Below, piece by piece: positions 1-12,700 of a DNA stretch of 64,000 bases. Both the position numbers and the translations under genes were made by a program. Source of the stretch: an uncultured Actinomycetota bacterium (GTDB lineage: Bacteria; Actinomycetota; Actinomycetes; Propionibacteriales; Nocardioidaceae); the NCBI GenBank assembly GCA_963849765.1, contig CAWKIP010000013.1, positions 42,752 through 106,751 on the forward strand. The letters run 5' to 3'. Below the pieces are notes generated by a model that was given only the letters and a program-made list of their open reading frames with translations, did no database searches and was not told where the DNA came from. How positions within the stretch are numbered: the first letter of the stretch is position 1; each line of letters starts with the position of its first letter.

Positions 1-93
1 AGACCCGCCAGCTTGCGGTCTTGGTCTCGTGACGGTCGCCAGAGCGACCTCCTCGACCGGCGGCGTGGCGGTGGAGGGGATAGCCTTGTTCCC

Positions 94-984
94 ATGAGCT
101 CCGCCCCCTTCGGCACCGTGCTGACCGCGATGGTCACGCCCTTCAGCGAGGACGGCTCGGTGGACCTCGACGCGGTCCAACGGGTCGCCCGCCACCTCGT
201 CGACCACGGCCACGACGGGCTGGTGGTGTCCGGCACCACCGGCGAGTCCGCGACCACCACCAAGGAAGAGGACGGCGAGACCCTCGCCGCGGTCAAGGAT
301 GCCGTCGGTGACCGGGCCAAGCTGGTCGCCGGCGTCGGCACCAACGACACCAACACCTCGATCTGGCTGGCCCAGCAAGCGGCGAAGGTCGGCGCCGACG
401 GCGTACTGCTCGTCACGCCGTACTACAACAAGCCCGGCCCGCGCGGGATCCTCCACCACTTCCGTCAGGTCGTCGACGCCGCCGAGCTGCCCGTGATGCT
501 GTACGACGTCCCGGGCCGCACCGGCAGCCAGATCGCCGTCGAGTCCTACGAGGAGATGGCCGGCTGGGAGCCGGTCGTCGCCGTCAAGGACGCCGTCGGC
601 GACTTCGCCCGCGGCGTCCGGATCAAGGAGATGGGCTACGCGGTCTACTCCGGCGACGACGTCGCCAACCTGGCCTGGCTGGCGCACGGCGCGGTCGGCT
701 TCGTGTCGGTCGCCGGCCACGTCGTCGGTGACCGGTTGCGCGCCATGTACGACGCCTTCCACCACGGCGACCCGATGGCCGCGCTCGACATCTACACCGG
801 CATGCTCCCCGCCATCGACGCGATCATGGGCACCCCGAACTACGGCGCCACCACGGCCAAGGCCTCGCTCGAGATGATCGGAGTGCTCGAGAACCGCCGG
901 GTCCGTTCGCCGCTGATCGAGCTCGACGACACCGAGCTGGTCGCCCTGCGCGCTGGTCTCGACGCGGCAGGAGTCCTCGGTTGA
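94..984 (+). CDS. dapA: 4-hydroxy-tetrahydrodipicolinate synthase
   Basis: GTTGES, TPYYNKP, LYDVPGRT and AVKDA motifs. ATG at 94 lies 7 nt after a TAGCCT -10 (leaderless). Stop overlaps the rnj start. Confidence 0.96.
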   Translation: MSSAPFGTVLTAMVTPFSEDGSVDLDAVQRVARHLVDHGHDGLVVSGTTGESATTTKEEDGETLAAVKDAVGDRAKLVAGVGTNDTNTSIWLAQQAAKVGADGVLLVTPYYNKPGPRGILHHFRQVVDAAELPVMLYDVPGRTGSQIAVESYEEMAGWEPVVAVKDAVGDFARGVRIKEMGYAVYSGDDVANLAWLAHGAVGFVSVAGHVVGDRLRAMYDAFHHGDPMAALDIYTGMLPAIDAIMGTPNYGATTAKASLEMIGVLENRRVRSPLIELDDTELVALRAGLDAAGVLG

Positions 985-2666
985 GCCACCCGCACCCCGA
1001 GCTCGGCGCACCGCCGGAGCTCCCGGCCGGTGGCCTGCGGGTCATTCCTCTCGGTGGCCTCGGCGAGGTCGGTCGCAACATGACCGTCTTCGAGTACGAC
1101 GGCCGCCTGCTGATCGTCGACTGTGGCGTGCTCTTCCCTGACGAGCACCACCCGGGCGTCGACCTGATCCTTCCCGACTTCGCACCCATCCGGGAGCGGC
1201 TCGACGCCGTCGAGGCGCTGGTGCTGACGCACGGGCACGAGGACCACATCGGCGCCACGCCGTACCTCCTGCGCGAGCGCGCCGACATCCCGCTCATCGG
1301 CTCCGAGCTCACCCTCGCGCTGCTCAACGGCAAGCTCCGGGAGCACCGGCTCAAGCAGCCGGTGTTCCACACCGTCAAGGAGGGCGACCGGATCAGCTTC
1401 GGGCCGTTCGACCTCGAGTTCGTCGCGGTCAACCACTCGATCCCCGACGCGCTGGCCGTCGCGATCCGCACCGGCGCCGGCCTGGTGCTCCACACCGGCG
1501 ACTTCAAGATGGACCAGCTGCCGCTCGACGGGCGGATCACCGACCTCCGCGCGTTCGCGCGGCTGGGCGCGGAGGGTGTCGACCTCTTCCTCACCGACTC
1601 CACCAACGCCGAGGTCCCGGGCTTCACGACGTCGGAGAAGAAGATCACGCCGGTCCTCGACCAGGTCTTCCGTGAGGCCGACCAGCGGATCATCGTCGCC
1701 TGCTTCGCCTCGCACGTGCACCGCGTCCAGCAGATCCTCGACACCGCCGTCGCCCATGACCGCCGGGTGGCCTTCGTCGGCCGCTCGATGGTCCGCAACA
1801 TGGGTGTGGCACGCGACCTCGGCTACCTGACGATCCCGCCGGGAGTGATGGTCGAGGCCAAGGAGCTCGCGGACCTGCCGGTCGACCGGCAGGTGCTGAT
1901 CTCGACCGGCTCGCAGGGCGAGCCGATGAGTGCGTTGGCGCGGATCGCCAACCGGAGCCACCACTTCGTCCACCTCGAGGCGGGCGACACCGTCGTACTC
2001 GCGTCGAGCCTGATCCCCGGCAACGAGAACGCCGTCTACCGCGTGATCAACGGGCTGTCCCGGTGGGGTGCGCGCGTGGTCCACAAGGGCAACGCCCTCG
2101 TCCACGTGAGCGGCCACGCCAGCGCCGGCGAGCTCCTCTACTGCTACAACATCGTCCGCCCGCGCAACGTGCTGCCGGTGCACGGCGAGATCCGCCACAT
2201 GCTCGCCAACGGCGCGCTCGCCAAGGAGACCGGCGTCGAGAACGTCGTCTACGCCGAGGACGGCGTCGTCGTCGACCTCGTCGACGGCGTCGCATCGGTC
2301 ACCGGAAAGGTCCCTGTCGGCTACGTGTTCGTCGACGGCCCGACGATCGGCGACGTCACCGAGTCCGAGCTCAAGGACCGCCGGATCCTCGGCGAGGAGG
2401 GCTTCATCTCGGTGATCGTGGTCGTCGACTCGGTCGCCGGCAAGGTCTCCGCCGGTCCCGAGATCCACGCCCGCGGGCATGCCTGGGACGACACCATGTT
2501 CGAGGACATCAAGCAGCCGATCATCGACGCGGTCAACGGGCTGCTGGCCGAGGGCAACACCGACACCTACGTGCTCCAGCAAGCCGTACGACGCACCATC
2601 GGCCGCTGGGTGAGCAGCAGCCACAAGCGCCGGCCGATGATCATCCCGGTCGTCGTCGAAGCCTGA
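981..2666 (+). CDS. rnj: Ribonuclease J
   Basis: PLGGLGEVGRNM, THGHEDHIG, HTGDFK and HVSGH metallo-beta-lactamase/beta-CASP motifs; conserved dapA-rnj synteny. Confidence 0.97.
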   Translation: MSHPHPELGAPPELPAGGLRVIPLGGLGEVGRNMTVFEYDGRLLIVDCGVLFPDEHHPGVDLILPDFAPIRERLDAVEALVLTHGHEDHIGATPYLLRERADIPLIGSELTLALLNGKLREHRLKQPVFHTVKEGDRISFGPFDLEFVAVNHSIPDALAVAIRTGAGLVLHTGDFKMDQLPLDGRITDLRAFARLGAEGVDLFLTDSTNAEVPGFTTSEKKITPVLDQVFREADQRIIVACFASHVHRVQQILDTAVAHDRRVAFVGRSMVRNMGVARDLGYLTIPPGVMVEAKELADLPVDRQVLISTGSQGEPMSALARIANRSHHFVHLEAGDTVVLASSLIPGNENAVYRVINGLSRWGARVVHKGNALVHVSGHASAGELLYCYNIVRPRNVLPVHGEIRHMLANGALAKETGVENVVYAEDGVVVDLVDGVASVTGKVPVGYVFVDGPTIGDVTESELKDRRILGEEGFISVIVVVDSVAGKVSAGPEIHARGHAWDDTMFEDIKQPIIDAVNGLLAEGNTDTYVLQQAVRRTIGRWVSSSHKRRPMIIPVVVEA

Positions 2667-2674
2667 GCGGGCGC

Positions 2675-2739
2675 TGCAGGAATCCCCGGCTGACCGGGGA
2701 TTCCTGCACTTGTCGGGGTTTGCAAACCCCGACAAGTGC
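2675..2739. repeat. Two abutting palindromes (REP-like/terminator-like)
   Basis: 15-bp stem TGCAGGAATCCCCGG-ctga-CCGGGGATTCCTGCA (2675-2708) overlaps a perfect 34-bp palindrome GCACTTGTCGGGGTTTGCAAACCCCGACAAGTGC (2706-2739). Confidence 0.85.
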
Positions 2740-2886
2740 CAGAAACCCGCGGTCGATGTGACGGATGGGGCTCGTGGGTAGTGCTGAGCCCACCCCATCG
2801 AGGCCGTGGGGCGCCGGGACGTTTGGGGCGCCGACACGCTCCCGTGATCCATGGGGCTGATGTGACGAATGAGTAGGGTCAGCAGC

Positions 2887-5476
2887 ATGGCGACCCGTAC
2901 GTCTTCCCCGACGCGGTCGCGCAGCCGGAGCACGTCCAAGAGCCGCGGTAGCGGCAGCAGCAAAAGGGCAAGCACCAGCTCGCGATCGCGGAGTACTGCC
3001 AAGAAGCGACCGACCTCGAAGCGGAGCACCGCGAGCCGTCGGCCGGCACCCCGTGCCGTCCGCAACGGGCCCGGTCCGGTGTCGCACGCGTTCAGCGCGC
3101 TCGCTCGTGCGATCGCAGCCATCTGGCTCGGGATCGCGCACGGTGTGGGCGCCGTGGTGCGCGGGATCGTCGGGGGTGCCAAGGAGATCGAGCCCGAGCA
3201 GCGCCGCGACGGGATCGGCCTGCTGCTGTGCGGGCTCGCTCTCGTGATTGCGGCCGGCGTCTGGTTCGAGGTGCCGGGCGGCGTCATGGAGTTCGTCCGC
3301 ACGGTCGTCGCCGGCACCGTCGGCAAGGTGGGCTGGTTGGTGCCGTTCCTGGTGCTGCTCGCGGCCTGGCGCGTCATGCGCGACCCGGTGTCCAACGGGC
3401 CGGTCGGCCGTCAGGTGATCGGGTGGGCCGCGTTCAGCTTCGGCCTGCTCGGCATCGTGCACATCGCCAACGGCAGCCCGGAGCCGGCCAGCGGCGACAC
3501 CACGCCGCTGCGCGAGGGCGGCGGCGCCGTCGGGTACGTCGTGTCCGCCCTGCTGCTCGACCTGCTCCGCTCGACGGCGGTCGTCGTACCGCTCCTGCTG
3601 CTGCTCGTCTTCTTCGGCCTCCTCGTCATCACCGCCACTCCGCTCTACCGCGTCCCGGGCCGGCTGCGGGAGATGGGCGACTCGCTGCTCGGCCGGCGCC
3701 CGGCCACCGACGACGGTGGCGAGCCGACCCAGCCGATCCGGCTCAAGCGCGGCTCTCGGTGACATGGGCGACACCCTCGACCCGCTGATGGGCGACCCGG
3801 CGTACGACTCGCCCTTGCTCGGCGAACCCACCAAGAAGCGGCGCGGCCGCAGGGCTGCGGCCGCTGTCGAGGAGTCGATGGAGCTCCGCGAGCCGATCGA
3901 CGTCTCGCTCGTCGACGACCCGGCGGCCGGCGAGGACGAGACCGGCGACCTCGAGCCGCCGCCGCACACGCCGCTGCCCCAGCGCGTCGAGCAGCTCGCG
4001 CTGTCCGGCGACATCGCCTACACGCTGCCGGCCAATGACGTGCTGAAGCCCGGCTCGCCGCACCGTGCCCGATCGAAGGCGAGCGACGCGGTCGTCGACA
4101 AGCTGACGCAGGTGCTCGACGAGTTCGGGATCGACGCCCAGGTCGTCGGCTACACCCGGGGTCCGACCGTCACCCGCTACGAGATCGAGCTCGGCACCGG
4201 GGTCAAGGTCGAGAAGATCCTCGGCGTCTCGCGCAACATCTCCTACGCCGTCGGGTCGGAGGACGTGCGGATCCTCAGCCCGATCCCCGGGAAGTCCGCG
4301 GTCGGCGTCGAGATCCCCAACATCGACAAGGAGATCGTCTCCCTCGGCGACGTGCTCCGGTCCACCGCGGCCCGCAACGACCACCACCCGATGGTGGCGG
4401 GCCTCGGCAAGGACGTCGAGGGCGGTTTCGTGGTCGCCAACCTCGCCAAGATGCCGCACCTGCTGGTGGCAGGCGCGACCGGCTCGGGCAAGTCGAGCTT
4501 CATCAACTCGATGATCACCTCGGTGCTGATGCGGGCGACGCCGGACGAGGTGCGGATGATCATGGTCGACCCCAAGCGGGTCGAGCTCAACAACTACGAG
4601 GGCGTGCCGCACCTGATCACGCCGATCATCACCAACCCCAAGAAGGCGGCCGAGGCGCTGGCGTGGGTGTGCCGCGAGATGGACATGCGGTACGACGACC
4701 TCGCCAACTTCGGGTTCCGCCACATCGACGACTTCAACAAGGCGGTTCGGGCGGGCAAGGTCGCCGTCCCGGCCGGGAGCGAGCGGGTGCTCACGCCGTA
4801 CCCCTACCTGCTGGTGATCGTCGACGAGCTCGCGGACCTGATGATGGTGGCCCCGCGCGACGTCGAGGACTCCGTCGTCCGGATCACCCAGCTCGCCCGC
4901 GCCGCCGGCATCCACCTGGTGCTGGCGACGCAACGGCCTTCGGTCGACGTCGTGACCGGCCTGATCAAGGCCAACGTCCCCTCACGGCTCGCGTTCGCGA
5001 CGTCGTCGGTGACGGACAGCCGGGTCATCCTCGACCAGCCGGGCGCGGAGAAGCTGGTCGGCCAGGGTGACGGACTGTTCCTGCCGATGGGTGCGTCGAA
5101 GCCGATAAGAGTCCAGGGCAGCTGGGTGACCGAGGCCGAGATCAAGGCTGTCGTCAAGCAGTGCAAGAGCCAGCTCGAGCCGACCTACCGCGAGGACGTC
5201 ACCGCGCCGCAGGCCAGCAACAAGGTGCTCGAGGACGACATCGGCGACGACATGGACCTGGTGGTCCAGGCGATCGAGCTCGTCGTGTCGACCCAGTTCG
5301 GGTCCACCTCGATGCTCCAGCGCAAGCTCCGCGTCGGCTTCGCCAAGGCCGGCCGGCTGATGGACATCCTCGAGAGTCGCGGGGTCGTCGGCCCCAGCGA
5401 GGGCTCGAAGGCCCGTGACGTGTTGGTGAAGCCAGACGAGCTCGACTCCGTGATCGCGACCATCCAGGGGGAGTGA
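2887..5476 (+). CDS. ftsK: DNA translocase FtsK (frameshift near 3760, probably a sequencing error)
   Basis: N-terminal TM region in ORF 2869-3762. [23 protein letters not shown] and the gamma-domain [17 protein letters not shown] lie in ORF 3716-5476. Confidence 0.95.
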
Positions 5477-5477
5477 C

Positions 5478-7235
5478 ATGACCGACGACCAGAACCTCGA
5501 CCCCGACCTTCCGATCTCGGACACGACCGACCCGATCGACGAGACCGACCAGACAGACCAGTCCGACCAGACGGACGAGCCCACGACCGACCAGGTGGAG
5601 GTACGCCGCAACGTCGTCCTCTCGGGCATCGTCGGCGCCGTTGCCGCCGTACTCACCGTTGCGTTCGCGCTCCGCGCGTTCGACGGCGGGAGCGCTCTCG
5701 ACTGGGCGATGTTCGTCGTACTCGGTGCGATCACGGTGATCCACGCGGCCGCGGTGGCCGACGGCCGGGCGCCGCTGCTGGTTGCGGACGAGCTCGGCGT
5801 GCGACTGCGCCAGGGTGCGGAGTGGCAGGGCATCGCGTGGGACGACATCGAGTGCATGGAGCACCTGCCGCGCCGGCTGCCGCTGCACGACGGACACCTG
5901 CTGGTGGTGGGGGAGAGCGGTCAGCAGCTGATCGTGCCGCTGACCCTCGCGACCCGCGTGATCGGCGTCGACAACGGCACCATCAGCGACGAGCTGGCCG
6001 CCCTCGCCGACGGCCGCGCCGACGTGGTCGAGGTGGTGGCGGGCATCGAGGAAGACGTCGCCGAGGTCGACGACGTCGTGAGTACGACGGAGCCCGCCCC
6101 CGACCACCCCGAGATCGGCCCGCTCGCGGAGGACACCGTGAAGCTCGAGCGGCGCGGGATCGCGGCCGAGGTGGAGAAGCGCTTCCGGTCTCCGCTCGAG
6201 CCGCCGGCCGACCTCGAGGACGACGACACCGTCGACTCGATCGACCCCGTGGTCGCCGAGGCGTCGACCGACGAGATGGACGCGATCACCGACGACACGG
6301 ACCCGACGCCGCCGGCACCCGATCGGCCGGTGTCCTCCGCGGCGCGAGTCGATGTGCAACACACCGGCTTCAACCGCACCTCGCGTGACGACAACTCCGG
6401 ATCCCACCCGACCATCGGTGCCAACGCCCTGCTCGCCGACCTGGCTGTCGACCCTGACGCCGAGCCGGAGTTGGTCGAGCACGCGCTGACCGTCGTCCTC
6501 GCCGACCTGGCCGTGCACCCGGCGGCGGAGCCGGTGATCGGTCCGCAGCTCGAAGCAGCCCGAGAGCGGCTTCGTCTCACTGTCGATCAGCTCTCGGAGC
6601 GCACCCGGATCCGTCCCCACGTGATCGAGGCGATCGAGGTCGACGACTTCGGTCCCTGCGGTGGCGACTTCTACGCCCGCGGCCACCTGCGCACGCTCGC
6701 CAGGGTGCTGGGCATCGACGCCGGTCCGCTGGTGGCGTCGTACGACGAGACCTACGCCGCCGCACCCGTCGACCCCCGCCGGGTCTTCGAGGCCGAGCTG
6801 GCCACCGGCGTCGGCGGGTCGATCCGCGGCACCCGCGGCGGCCGGAACTGGTCGGTGCTGATCGCCGCGGTGATGGCCGCGATCCTGATCTGGTCGATCG
6901 CCCGGCTGGTGATGGACGGACCGCTGCCGCTCGACAAGCCGTCGACGCTGAGGCAGACCGGCAGCAACGGCATCGGCGCAGGTGCCAAGGCCGAGGAGGT
7001 ACCGGTCACGCTGACCGCGACCGCCGGCGGCGCGCGGGTGATCGTGCGCGACGGCTCCGGCGCCGTGAAGTACGACGGCCCGCTCGCGTTCGGCCAGACC
7101 GCGAAGGTCAACGTGATCCCGCCGGTCCGCATCTGGACCTCCGACGGCTCGGTCACCGCCGGCGTCGACTGCAAGGACCCGCTGCCCCTCGGCGAGACCG
7201 GCGCCGAGGCCTCGAAGTCCCTCCCTGCCTGTTAG
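5478..7235 (+). CDS. RodZ-like HTH membrane protein with N-terminal two-TM/PH-like extension and acidic linker
   Basis: HTH_25-like segment ([26 protein letters not shown]...[12 protein letters not shown]), then a TM helix and a beta-rich C-terminus; position between ftsK and rimO. Confidence 0.8.
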   Translation: MTDDQNLDPDLPISDTTDPIDETDQTDQSDQTDEPTTDQVEVRRNVVLSGIVGAVAAVLTVAFALRAFDGGSALDWAMFVVLGAITVIHAAAVADGRAPLLVADELGVRLRQGAEWQGIAWDDIECMEHLPRRLPLHDGHLLVVGESGQQLIVPLTLATRVIGVDNGTISDELAALADGRADVVEVVAGIEEDVAEVDDVVSTTEPAPDHPEIGPLAEDTVKLERRGIAAEVEKRFRSPLEPPADLEDDDTVDSIDPVVAEASTDEMDAITDDTDPTPPAPDRPVSSAARVDVQHTGFNRTSRDDNSGSHPTIGANALLADLAVDPDAEPELVEHALTVVLADLAVHPAAEPVIGPQLEAARERLRLTVDQLSERTRIRPHVIEAIEVDDFGPCGGDFYARGHLRTLARVLGIDAGPLVASYDETYAAAPVDPRRVFEAELATGVGGSIRGTRGGRNWSVLIAAVMAAILIWSIARLVMDGPLPLDKPSTLRQTGSNGIGAGAKAEEVPVTLTATAGGARVIVRDGSGAVKYDGPLAFGQTAKVNVIPPVRIWTSDGSVTAGVDCKDPLPLGETGAEASKSLPAC

Positions 7236-7239
7236 AACC

Positions 7240-7364
7240 GCGAATCGGGGAAGATCCTCGCCGAATCGGAGAAATCCCCGTCGAACCGGCCGACTCGATG
7301 GGGATGTCCCCCGATTCGCGGGGGATCTCTCCCGATTCGCGGGGGATTTCTCCCGATTCGGGGA
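7240..7364. repeat. Inverted array of 21-bp units (CCGATTCGCGGGGGATyTCTC family)
   Basis: About 2 units on the left arm and about 3 on the right arm in opposite orientation, 21-bp period. Confidence 0.8.
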
Positions 7365-7387
7365 GGCCGCCATACTGGCGAGTAGTC

Positions 7388-8828
7388 ATGACCACCACTG
7401 AGACGTCCGCGCCCGCCGGTACCGAGCCCCAGTCGACACTGTCGGTGGCGCTGCTGACCCTCGGGTGTGCGCGCAACGACGTCGACTCCGAGGAGCTCGC
7501 CGGACGGCTCGCGGCCGACGGGTTCGCGCTCGTGGACGACCCGGAGGACGCCGACACGGTCCTGGTCAACACCTGCGGCTTCGTCGACGCGGCCAAGAAG
7601 GACTCGATCGACACCCTGCTCGCCGCCGCTGACCTCAAGGACCAGGCCGGCGGGTCCAAGGTCAAGGCCGTCGTCGCGGTCGGCTGCCTCGCCGAGAGGT
7701 ACGGCGCCGAGCTCGCCGACTCGCTGCCCGAAGCCGACGCCGTGCTCGGGTTCGACGACTACACCGACATCGCCTCCCGGCTGCGCTCGATCGTGGCCGG
7801 CGAGCGGCCGCACGCGCACACGCCCCAGGACCGCCGCAAGCTGCTCCCGATCAGCCCCGCCGAGCGACCGCCGGCCGCGTCCGGCGACCCTCGAGGCCCG
7901 CGCCCGGCTCGACTCCGGTCCGATGGCCGCGCTCAAGCTGGCCAGCGGCTGCGACCGGCGCTGCACGTTCTGCGCGATCCCGATGTTCCGTGGCTCGTTC
8001 GTGAGCCGCCGTCCGTCCGACGTACTGGCCGAGGCGGTCTGGCTCGCCGGTCAGGGCGCCCGCGAGCTGTTCCTGGTCTCGGAGAACTCGACGTCCTACG
8101 GCAAGGACCTCGGCGACATCCGGCTGCTCGAGACGCTGCTGCCCGAGCTGGCTGCGGTCGACGGGATCGACCGGGTGCGGGTGTCCTACCTGCAGCCCGC
8201 CGAGACCCGACCGGGCCTGATCGAGGCGATCGCCACCACGCCCGGCGTGGCGCCGTACTTCGACCTCTCGTTCCAGCACGCCAGCAACGCGGTGCTGCGC
8301 CGGATGCGTCGTTTCGGCGACCCGGAGAGCTTCCTCGGCCTGCTCGACCAGGTCCGGGCGCTCGCGCCCGAGGCCGGGGTCCGCTCCAACGTGATCGTCG
8401 GGTTCCCCGGCGAGACCGAGCGCGACCTGGAGATCCTCTGCGACTTCCTGACCGCGGCCCGGCTCGACGTCACCGGGGTGTTCGGCTACTCCGACGAGGA
8501 CGGCACCGAGGCCGAGACGTTCGAGGACAAGCACGACGAGGACGAGATCCGCGCCCGGCTCGCGCACGTCACCGACCTGGTGACCGCGCTCAACGGCGAC
8601 CGAGCCGAGGAGCGGATCGGGACCACCGTCGAGGTACTCGTCGAGGACCTCGACACCGACCGTCCCGGCCACGTCGAGGGCCGGGCGGCCCACCAGGGAC
8701 CGGAGGTCGACGGCAGCACACTGGTCCGGGGATGTCCGGACGCCCAGGTCGGTGACCTGGTCCGGGCCGTGGTTGTCGAGAGCGACGGGGTCGACCTGGT
8801 CGCGGAAGCGACGGGAGACAAGCGATGA
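7388..8828 (+). CDS. rimO: Ribosomal protein S12 methylthiotransferase (frameshift near 7880)
   Basis: [17 protein letters not shown], radical-SAM CDRRCTFC motif, C-terminal TRAM region (GPEVDG). Confidence 0.95.
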
Positions 8829-9490
8829 GCAGCGCAGACGGCGGTACGACGACGCCGGCCTCCGAGACGACGGAGCCGCCGAGCAACTGGAACCTCCCCA
8901 ACGCGCTCACCACGCTGCGGATCGCCTCGGTCCCGTTCTACGGCTGGGCACTGCTCTACGACGGCGGCGACTCGGTCCTCTGGCGCACGGTCGCCTGGGG
9001 CATCTTCGTCCTCGCGATGGTCACCGACAAGATCGACGGCGACATCGCCCGCAAGCGCAACCTGATCACCAACTTCGGCAAGATCGCCGACCCCATCGCG
9101 GACAAGGCGCTCACCGGGATGGCGTTCGTCGGGTTGGCCATCATCATGGACACCTGGTGGATGTGGACGATCACGATCATCGTCCTGATCCGGGAGTGGG
9201 CCGTGACGCTGCTCCGGCTCTCCGTCCTCAAGACGGTCGTCATCGCCGCGGCCCAGAGCGGCAAGTGGAAGACCATGGCGCAGGCGCTCTCCCTCGGCCT
9301 CCTCACCCTGCCGCTGCTCGAGGTCGACGGCTGGCTCGACGTCCCCGGCGAGATCGCCTACGTCGTCGCGCTCGTCCTCCTCTTCATCGCCTTCGTGCTC
9401 ACCCTCTGGTCGGGCTACGAGTTCTTCCGGGACGTCTGGAAGCAGCGTCACGACATCCGCAAGAAGGCTGCGGCGGCCGACGCCGGCTGA
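8825..9490 (+). CDS. pgsA: CDP-diacylglycerol--glycerol-3-phosphate 3-phosphatidyltransferase
   Basis: NLPNALT and [30 protein letters not shown]-alcohol phosphotransferase motif; rimO-pgsA synteny. Confidence 0.94.
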   Translation: MSSADGGTTTPASETTEPPSNWNLPNALTTLRIASVPFYGWALLYDGGDSVLWRTVAWGIFVLAMVTDKIDGDIARKRNLITNFGKIADPIADKALTGMAFVGLAIIMDTWWMWTITIIVLIREWAVTLLRLSVLKTVVIAAAQSGKWKTMAQALSLGLLTLPLLEVDGWLDVPGEIAYVVALVLLFIAFVLTLWSGYEFFRDVWKQRHDIRKKAAAADAG

Positions 9491-9707
9491 CCCTAAAGTA
9501 AAGAATTTCAGCGGCTGTCGTAGACATTTCACGCTGAAACGGCGTTTCGGCGCGAAATCTTCGCATCAGATTTCCCCGAACATTGCGCACTTGTCGGCGA
9601 ACGGTCTTAGGGTCCATGTGACTTCCCCCACCCCTGCTCGTGCTGCCAAGCAACTGCATGCGCGGGGCAGGACTCCTGTTGTGCTCGATCCCCGTGGAAA
9701 GTGCCCC

Positions 9708-12700
9708 ATGCCTTCAACGAAGCAGCTCATGGTCGGAACCCTCGGACTCGGACTGACCGTCACCGGTCTCTCATTCGCACTCACACCGCCGCCCGCTCAA
9801 GCCGGTCGGCGGTGTCTTCATCTCCGAGATCCATTACGACAACGACCGGCACCGACGCTGGCGAGTTCGTCGAGGTCGACGGCGCCTGGCGGGCACCGAC
9901 CTCGTCGACGTACTCGATCGTGCTCTACAACGCGCGGGGCACCGATGCCACGGACTGTCACTACGACACCGCATCGCGCGCTGTCGGGCACGGTCGCCGA
10001 TCAGCAGGACGGCTGGGGCACCGGGGTCGTCACACTACCCGCTCGGACGGCGCTGCCAGAACGGCGCCCGGACGGCGTCGCGCTCGGTCAACAACGGACC
10101 CCGCGTCGGAGTTCCTGTCCTACGAAGGCACCTTCACCGCTTCGAACGGCCCTGCCAGCGGGGAGTCGTCGACCGAGCATCGGCGTCGTCGAGCTCGGCA
10201 CCGAGCGCGACCGGTCATGTCACTCCAGCGCCACGAGAACAACACCTGGACCGGCGCCGGCGGCTCCGACAACAGCGGCACGCCGAACGGCTACGACACC
10301 GCCGCCGACCGAACTCGCTGCGACCGCCGAGCCGGACGCAGAGGCGACCGTCGACGAGGCGATGGACTCCGGTCGTCCTCGAGGCCACGGGCGGCACGCC
10401 GCCGTACAGTGGACCACCGCGAGCACCCTGCCGGCCGGCGTCACGCTGTCCACCGCGGGTGAGCTCAGCGGCACGCCGACCGAGACCGGCTCGTTCCCGA
10501 TCACCGCGACGGTGACCGACGACGTCGACGCGACCGACGACGTCAGCTTCACCCTGACGGTGAACGAGCCGGCCGCCCCGGTGACCGATCGCTGAGATCC
10601 AGGGCACCGGCAGCGGCGACGCCTCTCGCGGAACGAGACCGTCACCACCTCGGGCGTGGTCACCGCGGTCTACGCGACCGGCGGGTTCAACGGCTTCTAC
10701 ATGCAGACCGGCCCGGGGCGCGGACGCGACCCCGGGTGCGTCGGACGGCATCTTCGTCTGTCGGTCCGACCTTCGACGAGAGCACGCTGATCGCGTCGGC
10801 GACTCGGTCGAGGTCAACGGCACGGCGAAGGAGTTCAGCAACCTCACCGAGATCGAGGCGCCCGACCGAGATCGCCGACCTCGGCGACGTCGTGGAGAAC
10901 ACCGTCATCCCCGGCACCGGTGCGCCCCGCTGGCGACGCCTGCCTGACCGGCCGACGCGGGACCGCGAGGAGCAGCGAGGGCGAGGTCTGCCCGCGACTC
11001 CGTACCGACGCCTTCACGGCTCGGCCTACAACCCGCCAACACGCAGCAGCAGCCTTCGGCGAGATCGGCCTCGCCAACGGCGACCGAGCCGCTCATCAGC
11101 CGACCGAGATCATCGACGCGCAGGCGCACCGCCGACATCGCACGGGTCGATCGCACAACAACGCGGCCCGGCGTGATCCTCGACGACGGCGTCGAGCACG
11201 AAGTACTGGAACACCAACACCGCGGCGGGCAAGGACACGCCGCTGCCGTGGTTCACCGCCGACCAACCAGGTCCGGGTCGGCGCGGCCGCGACGTTCGAG
11301 GAGCCGGTGATCCTGGACTTCCGGTTCGGCTGGAAGATGCAGCCGATCAGCCAGGTGACCGACGACGGCGCCGACCAGGTCGTCCTTCGAGGAGAACCGC
11401 CCGACCGAGCCCGTCGACGTCGGCGGAGACATCAAGATCGGCACTTTCAACGTGCTCAACTACTTCACCACCCTCGGTGAGGGTACGACGCCGGCCCGGA
11501 CCCGAGCTGCACGTTACGTTCACGACCGCAGGGCAACCGATCGGCAACAACCCGATCGCTGGTCGACACAGCTGCCAACGGGCAACGGCCCGCGCGGCGC
11601 GTGGGACGCGACCAGCTTCGCGCGGCAGCAGGCCAAGATCGTCAACGCGATCAACACCCTCGACGCCGACATCGTCGCCCTCGAGGAGATCGAGAACAGC
11701 TCAAGGTCACGGGCGAGACCGACCGCGACGAGGCGCTGTCGGCCCTGGTCGACGCGCTCAACGCCGACGCCGGTTCGAGCATGTGGGACTACGTCAGCTC
11801 GCCGGCCGAGGCGTCGGAGCCGGCAGCCATCGCCGAGCAGGACGTGATCCGCACCGGCTTCATCTACAAGCCGGCGCGCGTCGAGCTCGTCGGCGAGTCC
11901 GACATGCTGTTCGGCACCGCCGCGTTCGCCAACGCGCGCGAGCCGTTCGCCCAGGCCTTCAAGGTGGCCGGCGCCAGCGACTCGCAGGGCTTCGCGGTCA
12001 TCGTCAACCACTTCAAGTCGAAGGGCTGCAGCGGCCCGCGGAGACAACGTCGACGCGGGTGACGGCCAGTCGTGCTTCAACGGCGACCGGACCCGGCAGG
12101 CAGAGCCCTCGTCGACGTTCGCCAATGACTTCGCCGACGGCCCGCGGCGTTGACGGCGATCTTCCTCGCCGGCGACTTCAACGCCGCCTCGCAGGAGGAC
12201 CCGATGCAGGTCCTGTACGCCGACGGCTACGAAGGTCTCGAGGCCGAGGGCAAGTACACCTACAGCTTCGACGGCCAGTCCCAGTCGCTCGACCACGTCC
12301 TCGCCAACGAGGCGGCCGCGGCGATGGTGACCGGTGTCGACATCTGGGAGGTCAACGCCAACGAGACGGTCTTCAACCAGTACAGCCGCTACAACTACAA
12401 CGCGACGATCCTCTACGAAGAGGCGCCCGTTCAGCGCGTCCGACCACAACCCGGAGATCGTCGGTCGACTCAGCGACGTGGCGCTGACGCACGCCGAGGT
12501 CCAGATCCTGGGGACGAACGACTTCCATGGTCGGTTGCTGCCGGATGGGTGCCGTCGACCTCGGACTGCCGCCGGTGCGGTGCGGTTGTCCGGCGGCGTG
12601 CGGTCGAGTGAGCTCGAGCGCGCGGTGAGAACCCGAACACGGTCGTTCGCTGCTGCGGGTGACTTGATCGGTGCTTCGACGTTCGAGTCGTTCATCCAGA

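Noticed and set aside
7240-7364. 21-bp repeats as a CRISPR array
   Set aside because: No unique spacers, inverted arrangement, no cas genes.
9500-9605. PhoP boxes upstream of the nuclease gene
   Set aside because: Only two GAAC cores 21 bp apart and a short TTTCAGCG/CGCTGAAA inverted repeat; too weak to call.
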